Assembly (NCBI GenBank): GCA_044450345.1
Contig: JBIOIY010000034.1
Span: 1-35,393 of the forward strand
DNA: 35,393 nt
Source of the DNA: Thermodesulfovibrionales bacterium
GTDB taxonomy: Bacteria > Nitrospirota > Thermodesulfovibrionia > Thermodesulfovibrionales > UBA6898
Direction of reading: 5' to 3'
The translations under genes were made by a program, and so were the position numbers. The notes beneath the pieces were generated by a model. That model saw only the letters and a list, made by a program, of their open reading frames with translations. It was not told the origin of the DNA and ran no database searches. Below, one piece after another: positions 20,898-29,198 of the stretch (the first letter of the stretch is position 1; every line of letters begins with the position of its first letter).

Positions 20898-22163
20898 GTG
20901 TATAAAATATTCTTAAGGATTTCCATACTTGCTGCGGGAGTATTGGCATTTGTCGTTGCCGCCTCAGCGCAGACGTGCGTGGAATGTCATAAACAAATGA
21001 CTCCCCGGGCTGTCTCCGACTGGGAGATCAGCAAGCATGGCAAAAGCGGCATCGACTGTTCGGTTTGCCACGGTGATAAACACACATCAAGAGACGATGT
21101 GTCAAATGTACAGATTCCGACACCGGATACATGCGGGAAGTGTCACGACAAGCAGGTTGCGCAGTACAAAAGCGGTAAGCATGCTTTTGCGTGGGTGGCC
21201 ATGGAAGCTATGCCTACTATACACTGGCAACCTATGGCGTTGATCGAAGGCAAGAAAGGATGCGGAGGATGCCATAAAATAGGGATGAAGAGCGAAGAGG
21301 AGATAAAGGAGTTGAAAAAGAGCGGTCAGGTCTTTGGCAACGCTGCATGCGATTCATGTCACACGCGACACACCTTCTCTGTACAGGAGGCGAGGCAGCC
21401 GCAGGCTTGCCAGACATGCCATATGGGGTTTGACCACCCGCAATGGGAGATGTATTCCGGCTCCAAACACGGGGTAAGATTCTTGCTGAAACAAAATAAA
21501 ACGCTGCCGGAAGACGTCGCGGCGCCCACCTGCCAGACATGCCATATGCAGGAAGGTAATCATACGGTAAGGGCAGCATGGGGATTCCTTGCCGTCAGGC
21601 TTCCCATGCCTGATGACAAGCAGTGGGCTGATGACCGCTTAACGATCCTGCAGGCGCTCGGGGTGATTAACCCTGCCGGGAAACCGACTCCGCGCCTCGA
21701 AGTAGTGAAGGCAGCCGGCGTTGTCAGGCTGACACAGGAAGAGTGGCAGAAAGACCGTGACAAAATGATCACTACGTGCCATCAGTGCCATTCAATCAAT
21801 TTTGCGAAGGCCGAACTGGCAAAAGGTGACCAGATCATCAGGGCCGCTGACCATCTGATGGCCGAGGCAATCAGAATAATTGCCGGTCTGTATAACGACG
21901 GCATCCTTAAGCAGCCCAAGGCCTATTCATATCCATTCCCTGATCTTCTCACTTTTCATGATGCGCCGACTGTGATTGAACAGAAGCTCTTTGTTATGTT
22001 TCTGGAACACAGGATGAGGACATTCCAGGGTACGTTTCATGCCAATCCCGACTATGCGCTGTGGTATGGCTGGAGTGAGATGCAGAGAGATCTTACGGAA
22101 ATAAAAGAAGCGGCGGCTGACATGAGGGTGAAGGCTGAAAGGGGCGACAGAAAGGGAAAATAA
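20898..22163 (+). CDS. Octaheme cytochrome c, hydroxylamine oxidoreductase family (epsilon-HAO-like)
   Basis: Signal peptide; 8 CxxCH (CVECH, CSVCH, CGKCH, CGGCH, CDSCH, CQTCH twice, CHQCH); HAO signatures CHTRHTFS, CHMGFDHPQWEMYSGSKHG, HANPDYALWYGW; GTG start after GGAGG. Confidence 0.88.
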   Translation: MYKIFLRISILAAGVLAFVVAASAQTCVECHKQMTPRAVSDWEISKHGKSGIDCSVCHGDKHTSRDDVSNVQIPTPDTCGKCHDKQVAQYKSGKHAFAWVAMEAMPTIHWQPMALIEGKKGCGGCHKIGMKSEEEIKELKKSGQVFGNAACDSCHTRHTFSVQEARQPQACQTCHMGFDHPQWEMYSGSKHGVRFLLKQNKTLPEDVAAPTCQTCHMQEGNHTVRAAWGFLAVRLPMPDDKQWADDRLTILQALGVINPAGKPTPRLEVVKAAGVVRLTQEEWQKDRDKMITTCHQCHSINFAKAELAKGDQIIRAADHLMAEAIRIIAGLYNDGILKQPKAYSYPFPDLLTFHDAPTVIEQKLFVMFLEHRMRTFQGTFHANPDYALWYGWSEMQRDLTEIKEAAADMRVKAERGDRKGK

Positions 22164-22193
22164 AACAAAAAGGGTGCCGGGTTCGGGCAGTAC

Positions 22194-23042
22194 CTAGATC
22201 CGATGGCATGCAAAACAGATCGACGGAAGGCGAAGTTTGGCATAAGCACCGGCCCCTTTCGCGGCCGCCTCATGTTGAATAACTCCTTTTTGATGGGGGT
22301 TGTGACAGGTGGAACAAGTGATTCGGTCTCTCGGCACAAGGGGGAGTATCACTAAGAGTCTCTCTTCGGCCTCGCTGATGTTACGCAGAGTCTCTGCCGA
22401 GGGTTTTACAAGAAAATGCTGTGAAAAAAAGGTATCCGGCATGGGGGGATGACATCTCCAGCAGAGAAAGCCGATATCAGCCCTGAATCTAACAGTTTCT
22501 GTCCAGTCGACCTCCGGGTCCGGTTTTGTGATATGGCATAGAAGGCATACCGGTCTGCCGTTCACCTTTTTGACATTTCCCGAGCTGTCGAGCATATCGT
22601 GCGGATTGATCTTTGCAAAATCTTCAAAAAAGTGGCATTGAAAACAGATGGTCCGACGGTCGGCATAAGGGCCGCCCCTCAGGAGTTTTGGGGCGCCTTT
22701 GTGTTCTGGTCCGCCATGGATTTCATGGCAGGTAAGACATCTTATCCTGCCTTCGTAGAGAGGCAATTGGCTGCCGGGTGGCTTTGAAGGACTAAAATTA
22801 ACAGGATGATGATTTTCTGCATAGTGGTGACAATACTCGCAGATAGAGGAAGGATCGGCCTTCAACACGAGTTGGGCGGGGTTCTCCTCCCCGGAGTCAT
22901 GACAGACATCGCAATTACTATGCGGGTTGGTATATGCCTCAACAGTCCTCTTCGGGGTCTGTTCGGGCCACAAAAGTGCTTGCATATTACAGGACGCGAG
23001 AACGGCCGTCAACAGGATTGAATATTTAAGAAAACGCAGCAT
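22194..23042 (-). CDS. Octaheme c-type cytochrome, predicted lipoprotein (paired-CxxCH type)
   Basis: Lipobox LASC; CDVCH, CEYCH, CLTCH, CFQCH, CLLCH, CWRCH, CSTCH, CFACH; NPH repeats. Confidence 0.88.
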   Translation of the reverse strand: MLRFLKYSILLTAVLASCNMQALLWPEQTPKRTVEAYTNPHSNCDVCHDSGEENPAQLVLKADPSSICEYCHHYAENHHPVNFSPSKPPGSQLPLYEGRIRCLTCHEIHGGPEHKGAPKLLRGGPYADRRTICFQCHFFEDFAKINPHDMLDSSGNVKKVNGRPVCLLCHITKPDPEVDWTETVRFRADIGFLCWRCHPPMPDTFFSQHFLVKPSAETLRNISEAEERLLVILPLVPRDRITCSTCHNPHQKGVIQHEAAAKGAGAYAKLRLPSICFACHRI

Positions 23043-23182
23043 CTTAATGTCAGTATATCAAAAACTTACCGAAATATTGTTTCCCGAAAGCAGAATCGCT
23101 CTCTTATGATCTCAACACGCAGCAGTTTCGGCCGCGCAGACGATACCTGAGGATATGCAAACAAGCGGCTTAGCTGCGTGAA

Positions 23183-23212
23183 TTTAAGTCTTTTTAAGTC
23201 TTTTTCTTGACA
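23183..23212 (+). promoter_or_regulatory. Tandem 10-bp direct repeat next to a -35 box ahead of the redox operon
   Basis: TTTAAGTCTT at 23183-23192 and 23193-23202; TTGACA at 23207-23212; -10 element weak. Confidence 0.5.
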
Positions 23213-23255
23213 AACCTTTCAGTATAGGGTATCCATTTGAAAGGAGGTATTCATT

Positions 23256-23987
23256 ATGGGCAGAGTGATAATACTATTTCTTGCCGTATTTTTTTATCTT
23301 CCCTCTGTTTCTTTTGGCTATGAGGCCGCCGGGGTCCAAAACGGAGGGAGTATTGAAGGACAGGTCATATTTGCTGGAGCTACGGTCCCGAAAGATGAAC
23401 CGCTCACGTTGAGCAGCGAAACGGAATACTGCGGAAAGACCCTCCCATCGGAAAGATATTTGATTAGTGCGGATAGAAACATAAGAAACGTCGTTGTGTC
23501 CCTGACAGGGATCAAGTCAGGAAAGGCCATTCCCACCGATGTCGTCACCGTCACAAATTCTAAATGTACCTTTGTACCCCATGTAAGCGTGGGGTTCAAA
23601 GGAAACAAGCTCATCATGAAGAACGACGATCCGGTTTTTCATACGTTCGATATACATGCTTCCTTAAACGGGAAAGAGCTCTATCACGTCGGTCTGCATG
23701 AGCAGGGTTCAGCGGTGACAAAAACACTTGCCAAAACAGGGCTCATGGAATTGACCTGTTATGTCCATCCATGGCAGCTTGCGTATGTCTACATCTTTGA
23801 TCATCCTTATGCGGCGGTTACCGATGAAAAGGGCGAGTTTGTTATCAAGGAAATCCCACCGGGAACATATACTGTCGAGGCCTGGCACGAGGCGCTGGGA
23901 ATAATAAAAATCCCGGACATAAAAGTAGAAAGCGGGAAAAAGAGCACCATAAGGCTGGAGTATACCAGCCGGATAAATCTTAACTAA
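23256..23987 (+). CDS. Periplasmic cupredoxin-domain protein (carboxypeptidase-regulatory-like flanks), paralog 1, Gln axial ligand
   Basis: Signal peptide; DPVFHT...C-YV-H-PW-Q; PYAAVTDEKGEF, PPGTYTVEAWHE. Confidence 0.85.
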   Translation: MGRVIILFLAVFFYLPSVSFGYEAAGVQNGGSIEGQVIFAGATVPKDEPLTLSSETEYCGKTLPSERYLISADRNIRNVVVSLTGIKSGKAIPTDVVTVTNSKCTFVPHVSVGFKGNKLIMKNDDPVFHTFDIHASLNGKELYHVGLHEQGSAVTKTLAKTGLMELTCYVHPWQLAYVYIFDHPYAAVTDEKGEFVIKEIPPGTYTVEAWHEALGIIKIPDIKVESGKKSTIRLEYTSRINLN

Positions 23988-24000
23988 AAGGAGGAGTATT

Positions 24001-24714
24001 ATGCACAAGGCAATTTTGTTTGTGGCTGTCATGGCAGTAATGTTTTCCTTTTCCTCAATTTCCTTTGCGTATGAGACAGTGGACGTAAAAAACGGCGGAA
24101 GCATTGAGGGGGTGGTGGAGTTTACCGGGGGCAGTGTCCCGAAGGACCCGATGCTAACCCTGAGTTCCGAGCAAAAGTTCTGCGGGAAAAGCCTCCCTGC
24201 GGAAAAGTACGTGATCAAGGACAAGAAGATTGCGAACGTGGTTGTGTATATAGAAGATATCAAGGCCGGCAAGGCGATGCCGAATGAACCGGTCACATTG
24301 ACAAACTTGAAATGTGCCTTTGTCCCCCACGTTGCCGTGGGGTTTAAAGGGAACAAGTTCATCGAAAAAAATGATGACCCCATTTTTCATAATATCCATA
24401 CCTATATAAACAATAAGACTATGTATAACATCGGACTTCCTGAAAAAGGGTCGTCGGTCACAAAGCCTTTGACGAAGACAGGCATCATCGAAGTCACCTG
24501 TGACAGCCATCCGTGGATGCACGGGTTCCTCTATGTTTCTGATAATCCTTACGCCGCGGTGACCAATGAAAAGGGCGAGTTTTCGATCAAGAATGTTCCC
24601 CCCGGTACCTATACGGTCGAGGCGTGGCATGAGGCCCTCGGAAAGGTAAAGGTCGCAAATATCAAGGTCGAAAGCGGGAAGCCCAGCAAGACCAAACTGG
24701 ATTACAAGAAATAG
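24001..24714 (+). CDS. Periplasmic cupredoxin-domain protein, paralog 2, canonical Met axial ligand
   Basis: Signal peptide; DPIFHN...C-DS-H-PW-M; colinear paralog of the upstream gene. Confidence 0.87.
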   Translation: MHKAILFVAVMAVMFSFSSISFAYETVDVKNGGSIEGVVEFTGGSVPKDPMLTLSSEQKFCGKSLPAEKYVIKDKKIANVVVYIEDIKAGKAMPNEPVTLTNLKCAFVPHVAVGFKGNKFIEKNDDPIFHNIHTYINNKTMYNIGLPEKGSSVTKPLTKTGIIEVTCDSHPWMHGFLYVSDNPYAAVTNEKGEFSIKNVPPGTYTVEAWHEALGKVKVANIKVESGKPSKTKLDYKK

Positions 24715-24746
24715 ATCTGAAATATTAAAGATTAAGGAGGATGCAG

Positions 24747-26045
24747 ATGCAAAAAGTTTTACTATTTTTAGGGGGTCTGATATTGTTTTTAATGACATTC
24801 CTTTTGCCTCAGGAGTCCCGGGCTATTCCTTCCTTTGCCCGCCAGGTACAGAAGCCTTGCACAGCCTGTCATACCATTTGGGGGAACCTGAATCAAGCCG
24901 GCCGGCAGTTCAAGGTAAAGGCATACACAGATGTCTCTCAGGAATGGCAGATGATCAACAAGGATAAGTTGAATTTGCTTTACGTCTTTCCGGTTTCTGC
25001 AAGGGTCGTTTTTTATCCTTACACAAGGGAACAAGATCAGGTAGCCGGGATAAACAGCAATTCAACCCAGCTCAACACTGTTGATCTGTTTATCGGCAGC
25101 AGGGTGTTTGATTACGCCGGGATATTCGGAAATATCGAGGCAACAAATGTAACCTCAGGCGCGATGGCTTTCGATATCCCTACTATTAAAGCGGCCTTTC
25201 AGTATCCCATCGGGGAAGGAAACACCTTAGGCCTTGTATTGTTTAAAGGCTTGGCAACCTCTGCAGACCCCTTTAACAGTTTGGGGGGAAGGGACAGGGG
25301 CCTGACCTTCGACGCTGAGAGCGTCCCGTGGATATTGTCAAAGGGATGGACCTTCGACTACTGGAGCGGAGGAAACCTCGGAATGGTGGCCCACGGTTAC
25401 TTTTTGGGGAATCGTCTCTACGCCGCTGTCGGCGCGATGAGAGGCGGTAATTCTTCTGATGCGGGTTTCGGTTTCAACAACGATAATAACGGCGACCCCT
25501 TTGACGGGTACTTCCGTCTGGCATGGGACCAGAAGCTTACAAACGGAGCGGTTACCTTCGGCGGCGCATGGTACACCGGGAAGCAGAGACCTGTTGATCC
25601 GACCACCGGGGCCGCGTTGTTCGAGTCCAACGTCAGTAGAGGTTATCTCGATGCCTCCCTTGAGCAAACTTTTGGCGAAGACCACCTTTTTGAGGCCCAG
25701 GCCCTCTATGGTTACGGCAAGGAAACGAATACCTTTGGCGGGGATGAAACGAGAAAGTTTAACGGGTTTCTCGTGGAAGGAAGCTATTTCTACCAGAGGA
25801 CGTATGGTCTGATTGCATCATATAACATGATAAATATGCAGGGAGTTTTACCTACGGATATTTCGTCTGCCGGGACCGGGACCGATGAAAACAAGAAGAA
25901 CACCTGGGTCGTGGCCCTTAACTACCTTCCTTGGCTTAATACGAAGGTCGCGCTCCAGTATGCACAGACAAAGACTAAATTTGCAGGCGGTCAGCCTGAT
26001 GAAACCGACAAAGTATTCAGGGTAGTATTCGACATATTGTTCTAA
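24747..26045 (+). CDS. cyc2: Cyc2-type outer-membrane monoheme cytochrome c-porin fusion
   Basis: Signal peptide, then A|IPSFARQVQKPCTACHTIWGNLNQAGRQFKVKAY (Cyc2 motif AxPxFARQ-x4-CxxCH...L...GRxFK..GY), followed by beta-strand-rich sequence ending FDILF. Second ATG chosen for RBS spacing. Confidence 0.85.
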   Translation: MQKVLLFLGGLILFLMTFLLPQESRAIPSFARQVQKPCTACHTIWGNLNQAGRQFKVKAYTDVSQEWQMINKDKLNLLYVFPVSARVVFYPYTREQDQVAGINSNSTQLNTVDLFIGSRVFDYAGIFGNIEATNVTSGAMAFDIPTIKAAFQYPIGEGNTLGLVLFKGLATSADPFNSLGGRDRGLTFDAESVPWILSKGWTFDYWSGGNLGMVAHGYFLGNRLYAAVGAMRGGNSSDAGFGFNNDNNGDPFDGYFRLAWDQKLTNGAVTFGGAWYTGKQRPVDPTTGAALFESNVSRGYLDASLEQTFGEDHLFEAQALYGYGKETNTFGGDETRKFNGFLVEGSYFYQRTYGLIASYNMINMQGVLPTDISSAGTGTDENKKNTWVVALNYLPWLNTKVALQYAQTKTKFAGGQPDETDKVFRVVFDILF

Positions 26046-26055
26046 ATTATGGACG

Positions 26056-26081
26056 GCCCGGGGATTGAGTAATCCCCGGGC
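26056..26081 (+). other. Intercistronic 11-bp perfect hairpin without U-tail
   Basis: GCCCGGGGATT-GAGT-AATCCCCGGGC between cyc2 and the bd-like gene. Confidence 0.75.
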
Positions 26082-26110
26082 TCCCATTGTCCGGAAGAGG
26101 AGATGATGTA

Positions 26111-27853
26111 ATGGCAGAAGCAGGTGTAGGGAAGGGTATAGCAAAGGGCATAATTAAATTCACTGTTATCCTTGGAGCAGGGTTCCTGTTCCTGGCGGTC
26201 CTCAAAAGGATGCTTCCTGCTGCGACCCAGGACGGCTACCGGTTTTTTCCGCTGATCGGCAGCAGGGACTGGATATGGATAGTGGCCCAGCTGCACCTTA
26301 ATTTTGCGGCCTTTGTCCTGGGCGTCCCGATATTTGCCGTGACCATGGAATTCATAGGCTGGAGGAAGGCCGATGAGAGACTCGACAGGATCGCCTATGA
26401 TTTCACAAAGCTCTTTACCCTTGCCTACACCCTGACCGCTATCATGGGGTCGATCTTCCTTGTCAGCCTGCCGGTGCTCTATCCGAAGTTTATCGATTAT
26501 ATGATGAAGATACTCGGACCGACGTGGTGGTTATATCTTATCGTGATGTACGGCGAAGTTTTGGTCTGTTATTATTATTTTTATTCATGGAAAAAGATGA
26601 AAGACAGAAAAGGGTTCCACGTCTTTCTCGGAGTGTTATTGAATGTCTTCGGGGCGCTGCTCCTTCTGATCACGAGCACATGGGTCGGCTTTATGACTAC
26701 CCCCGCTGGTGTGAATGCGGAGGGAGAGCTGGTGAGCAGATGGGGGGCGATACACACTCATATGTGGCTTCCCCTTACGCTTCACCGCTTTGTCGCAAAC
26801 ATTGTCTTCGGCGCCGGAATTGCGGCCGCATATGCGGCCTTCAGGTTTATCACCGCAAAGACGGAAGAAGAAAAGGCTTATTACGACTGGATGGGCTATA
26901 CGTCCGCGATCATATCGATCGGCGTTTCTCTTCTTCTGCCCGGCGTCGGCTATCTTTTGGGTGTTGAAATTTATTCCTTCAACGAGCAGATGGGCATCCA
27001 GCTCATGGGCGGTTTTTTTGCGTGGCTCTGGGTCATGCAGGCGATCCTCATAGGCGCCATCCTTTTCTTCATAAACTACTACCTCTGGATTTCGCTCCAT
27101 AAGATGCCGGGCGGCGAGAGGTACTTCCCCTACGTAAAATTCCTGTTCCTGGTCCTTCTTGTCGGATATGCGGTCTGGCTTACCCCCCACGACATCGCCC
27201 TGAGCCTTGAAGAGGCGAGGAGGACCGGCGCATACCACCCGGCGCTTGGCAAGCTGGGCGTCATGGCGGCAAAAAACACGGCGGTCATCCTCTCTTACCT
27301 TGCTACGTTCCTGAGTTTCGCCATCTTCCGGATGAGCAACAAGGAACCCTCCGTGGCGTGGGCGAAGGCGGGGCATATCATCAGGGCGGCTATCATTGTA
27401 GTCTCATCCGCGGGCGTGCTGGCGCTCGGCATTTTCAGCTATTACGTGTCTGCTGCGGTAAGGGTGAAGGTCCTTTCTCCTATCCAGTTCAGTCTGTTCA
27501 TCCTTGCGATAATTGCATTGTTCATCCTTGATTATTTTATGTATAAAGGGGCCCGAGTGATAGGAGAGCCGCGGTGGGGACAGATGCCCGAGAGGTCTCA
27601 GTATGCATTGATCGCCATCACAGTGACTTTTACGTGGCTTATGGGCATGCTCGGATACATGAGGGCCGGTGCGCGGCAATACTGGCATGTCTACGGCGTC
27701 ATGATGAACACGAGTCCCGACGCCTACCTTCCCACCCACGGCGCGGCCTCGATCATTGTCACGATAGTCACGTTACTTTTCTTCGTCCTCGTCTCTCTTG
27801 TCTTTTGGTCCATCATGAAACTTGAGAAGGTTATCGGGGAAAGGAGGGGCTGA
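26111..27853 (+). CDS. Cytochrome bd-like oxidase subunit I (CydA-like, Nitrospira/anammox type, no adjacent CydB)
   Basis: Polytopic; AQLHLNFAAFVLG (H19-like), GFMTTP, LHRFVANIVFG (H186-like), WLTPH, YHP, MGMLGYMRAGARQYWHVYG (divergent GRQPW); ATG after GAGGAG. Confidence 0.85.
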   Translation: MAEAGVGKGIAKGIIKFTVILGAGFLFLAVLKRMLPAATQDGYRFFPLIGSRDWIWIVAQLHLNFAAFVLGVPIFAVTMEFIGWRKADERLDRIAYDFTKLFTLAYTLTAIMGSIFLVSLPVLYPKFIDYMMKILGPTWWLYLIVMYGEVLVCYYYFYSWKKMKDRKGFHVFLGVLLNVFGALLLLITSTWVGFMTTPAGVNAEGELVSRWGAIHTHMWLPLTLHRFVANIVFGAGIAAAYAAFRFITAKTEEEKAYYDWMGYTSAIISIGVSLLLPGVGYLLGVEIYSFNEQMGIQLMGGFFAWLWVMQAILIGAILFFINYYLWISLHKMPGGERYFPYVKFLFLVLLVGYAVWLTPHDIALSLEEARRTGAYHPALGKLGVMAAKNTAVILSYLATFLSFAIFRMSNKEPSVAWAKAGHIIRAAIIVVSSAGVLALGIFSYYVSAAVRVKVLSPIQFSLFILAIIALFILDYFMYKGARVIGEPRWGQMPERSQYALIAITVTFTWLMGMLGYMRAGARQYWHVYGVMMNTSPDAYLPTHGAASIIVTIVTLLFFVLVSLVFWSIMKLEKVIGERRG

Positions 27854-28368
27854 TGAAAGCAGGAGTCCTGAAGCTTGCTGTCATTGTAATAGGTCTGAAT
27901 CTCATCTTTGCATACATCGGCCTTGAATTTCTCCCCCAGTCCGAATCCAGGCCGCCGAAGGTGATCAAGATAGCAGAAGGCATCTCACAGGAAGATCTTG
28001 TTAATGTCGGTGAGCAGATTGTTTTCGGAAAAGGGCAGTGTATGGTATGTCATCCGGCGAAGGCGGAGTCGGGAATGAGGGCCCCGGCCATGTCCGCCAT
28101 AGGAGCGGAAATGGAAAAGGAGGCCAAAGAGCGGGGCATCACTCCAGAGGAGCACGTTTTTGAGGCCCTCGTCAATCCATCCAAATACATCGTGAAGGGG
28201 TTCGAAGATATGATGTCCCCCGTGCACACTCCACCGACCTCTTTGACCGGAGGGGAAATCATCGCAGTGTCCGCCTATCTTCAGAGCCAGGGAGGGAAGG
28301 TGACGGTTTCCTTTCCGGGGTCTCTGCCGGTACTGAAAGACCAGATAACGAAGGCAGGAGGGAAATAA
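27853..28368 (+). CDS. Membrane-anchored monoheme cytochrome c
   Basis: N-terminal TM, CMVCH, distal MMSP; TGATG coupling to the bd-like gene. Confidence 0.9.
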   Translation: MKAGVLKLAVIVIGLNLIFAYIGLEFLPQSESRPPKVIKIAEGISQEDLVNVGEQIVFGKGQCMVCHPAKAESGMRAPAMSAIGAEMEKEAKERGITPEEHVFEALVNPSKYIVKGFEDMMSPVHTPPTSLTGGEIIAVSAYLQSQGGKVTVSFPGSLPVLKDQITKAGGK

Positions 28369-28369
28369 T

Positions 28370-29173
28370 ATGCAATTTATATTCCCTGTAGTCACATTGA
28401 TCGGTTTGGCGATAGCGATAACCTCCGCCCTGAAAAAGTCCCCTTTCTTTAATTTCATAGGCATACTTGTCTTTATTTACGGAGGCATAAAGAGCCTGTC
28501 GCTGGTGATGCCGCCTCTTCCGGGGCAGGTTGTCAACATGTTCATGATCATGTCCTTCTTTTCGTTTCTCATCTATTTCTCCATCCATGATGAAACGCTG
28601 AAGGCCTTCCTTGAGCCGATGAGGGCCGTGCTCGCCGATGACGACAAAAAAATTCTGAGGGTCATCATCGTCTACCTCGTTATCCCTCTTCTTGCCGCGT
28701 ATGGTACCTATGTCAAAGTGATGCCGACCTTCGAGCCTCCGGTTTCGGCGAGGATCACTCACCCCGAACCCCCCTCTGAAATGGATTTCAAGGGCAACCC
28801 CATTAAGATATTGGGACTCGAAAACCCCTTGAGGAAAGACGCGGCGAACCTGTCGAAGAATATCGGGGAAGGGAAAGAGATATATTACAAGAACTGTTTC
28901 TTCTGCCACGGCGATGACCTCGACGGCAAAGGGAACTTCGCCCAGGCCTTCAACCCCCCGCCGCCTGCGTTCATAGGTATCGATACGATCGCACAACTGC
29001 CTGAATCCTATGTTTTCTGGCGTGTTGCAAAGGGGTGGAGGGGGCTTCCCGCGGGTGCGCATCCATGGGATTCTGCGATGCCCTCCTTCGAGGACTTTCT
29101 CGAAGAAGATGCGATATGGAAGGTGGTCCTCTTTATTTACGATGCCTCGGGCAATAAGCCCAGGACGTGGTGA
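28370..29173 (+). CDS. Multi-TM membrane monoheme cytochrome c
   Basis: 3-4 TM helices, then NCFFCHG and WDSAMP (distal Met). Confidence 0.9.
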   Translation: MQFIFPVVTLIGLAIAITSALKKSPFFNFIGILVFIYGGIKSLSLVMPPLPGQVVNMFMIMSFFSFLIYFSIHDETLKAFLEPMRAVLADDDKKILRVIIVYLVIPLLAAYGTYVKVMPTFEPPVSARITHPEPPSEMDFKGNPIKILGLENPLRKDAANLSKNIGEGKEIYYKNCFFCHGDDLDGKGNFAQAFNPPPPAFIGIDTIAQLPESYVFWRVAKGWRGLPAGAHPWDSAMPSFEDFLEEDAIWKVVLFIYDASGNKPRTW

Positions 29174-29198
29174 GCGTATGCGGAAGGGAGATTTTATA

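Noticed and set aside
29010..29198. N-terminal extension of the 536-aa ORF
   Set aside because: Overlaps the upstream cytochrome gene; the signal peptide and RBS point to ATG 29199.
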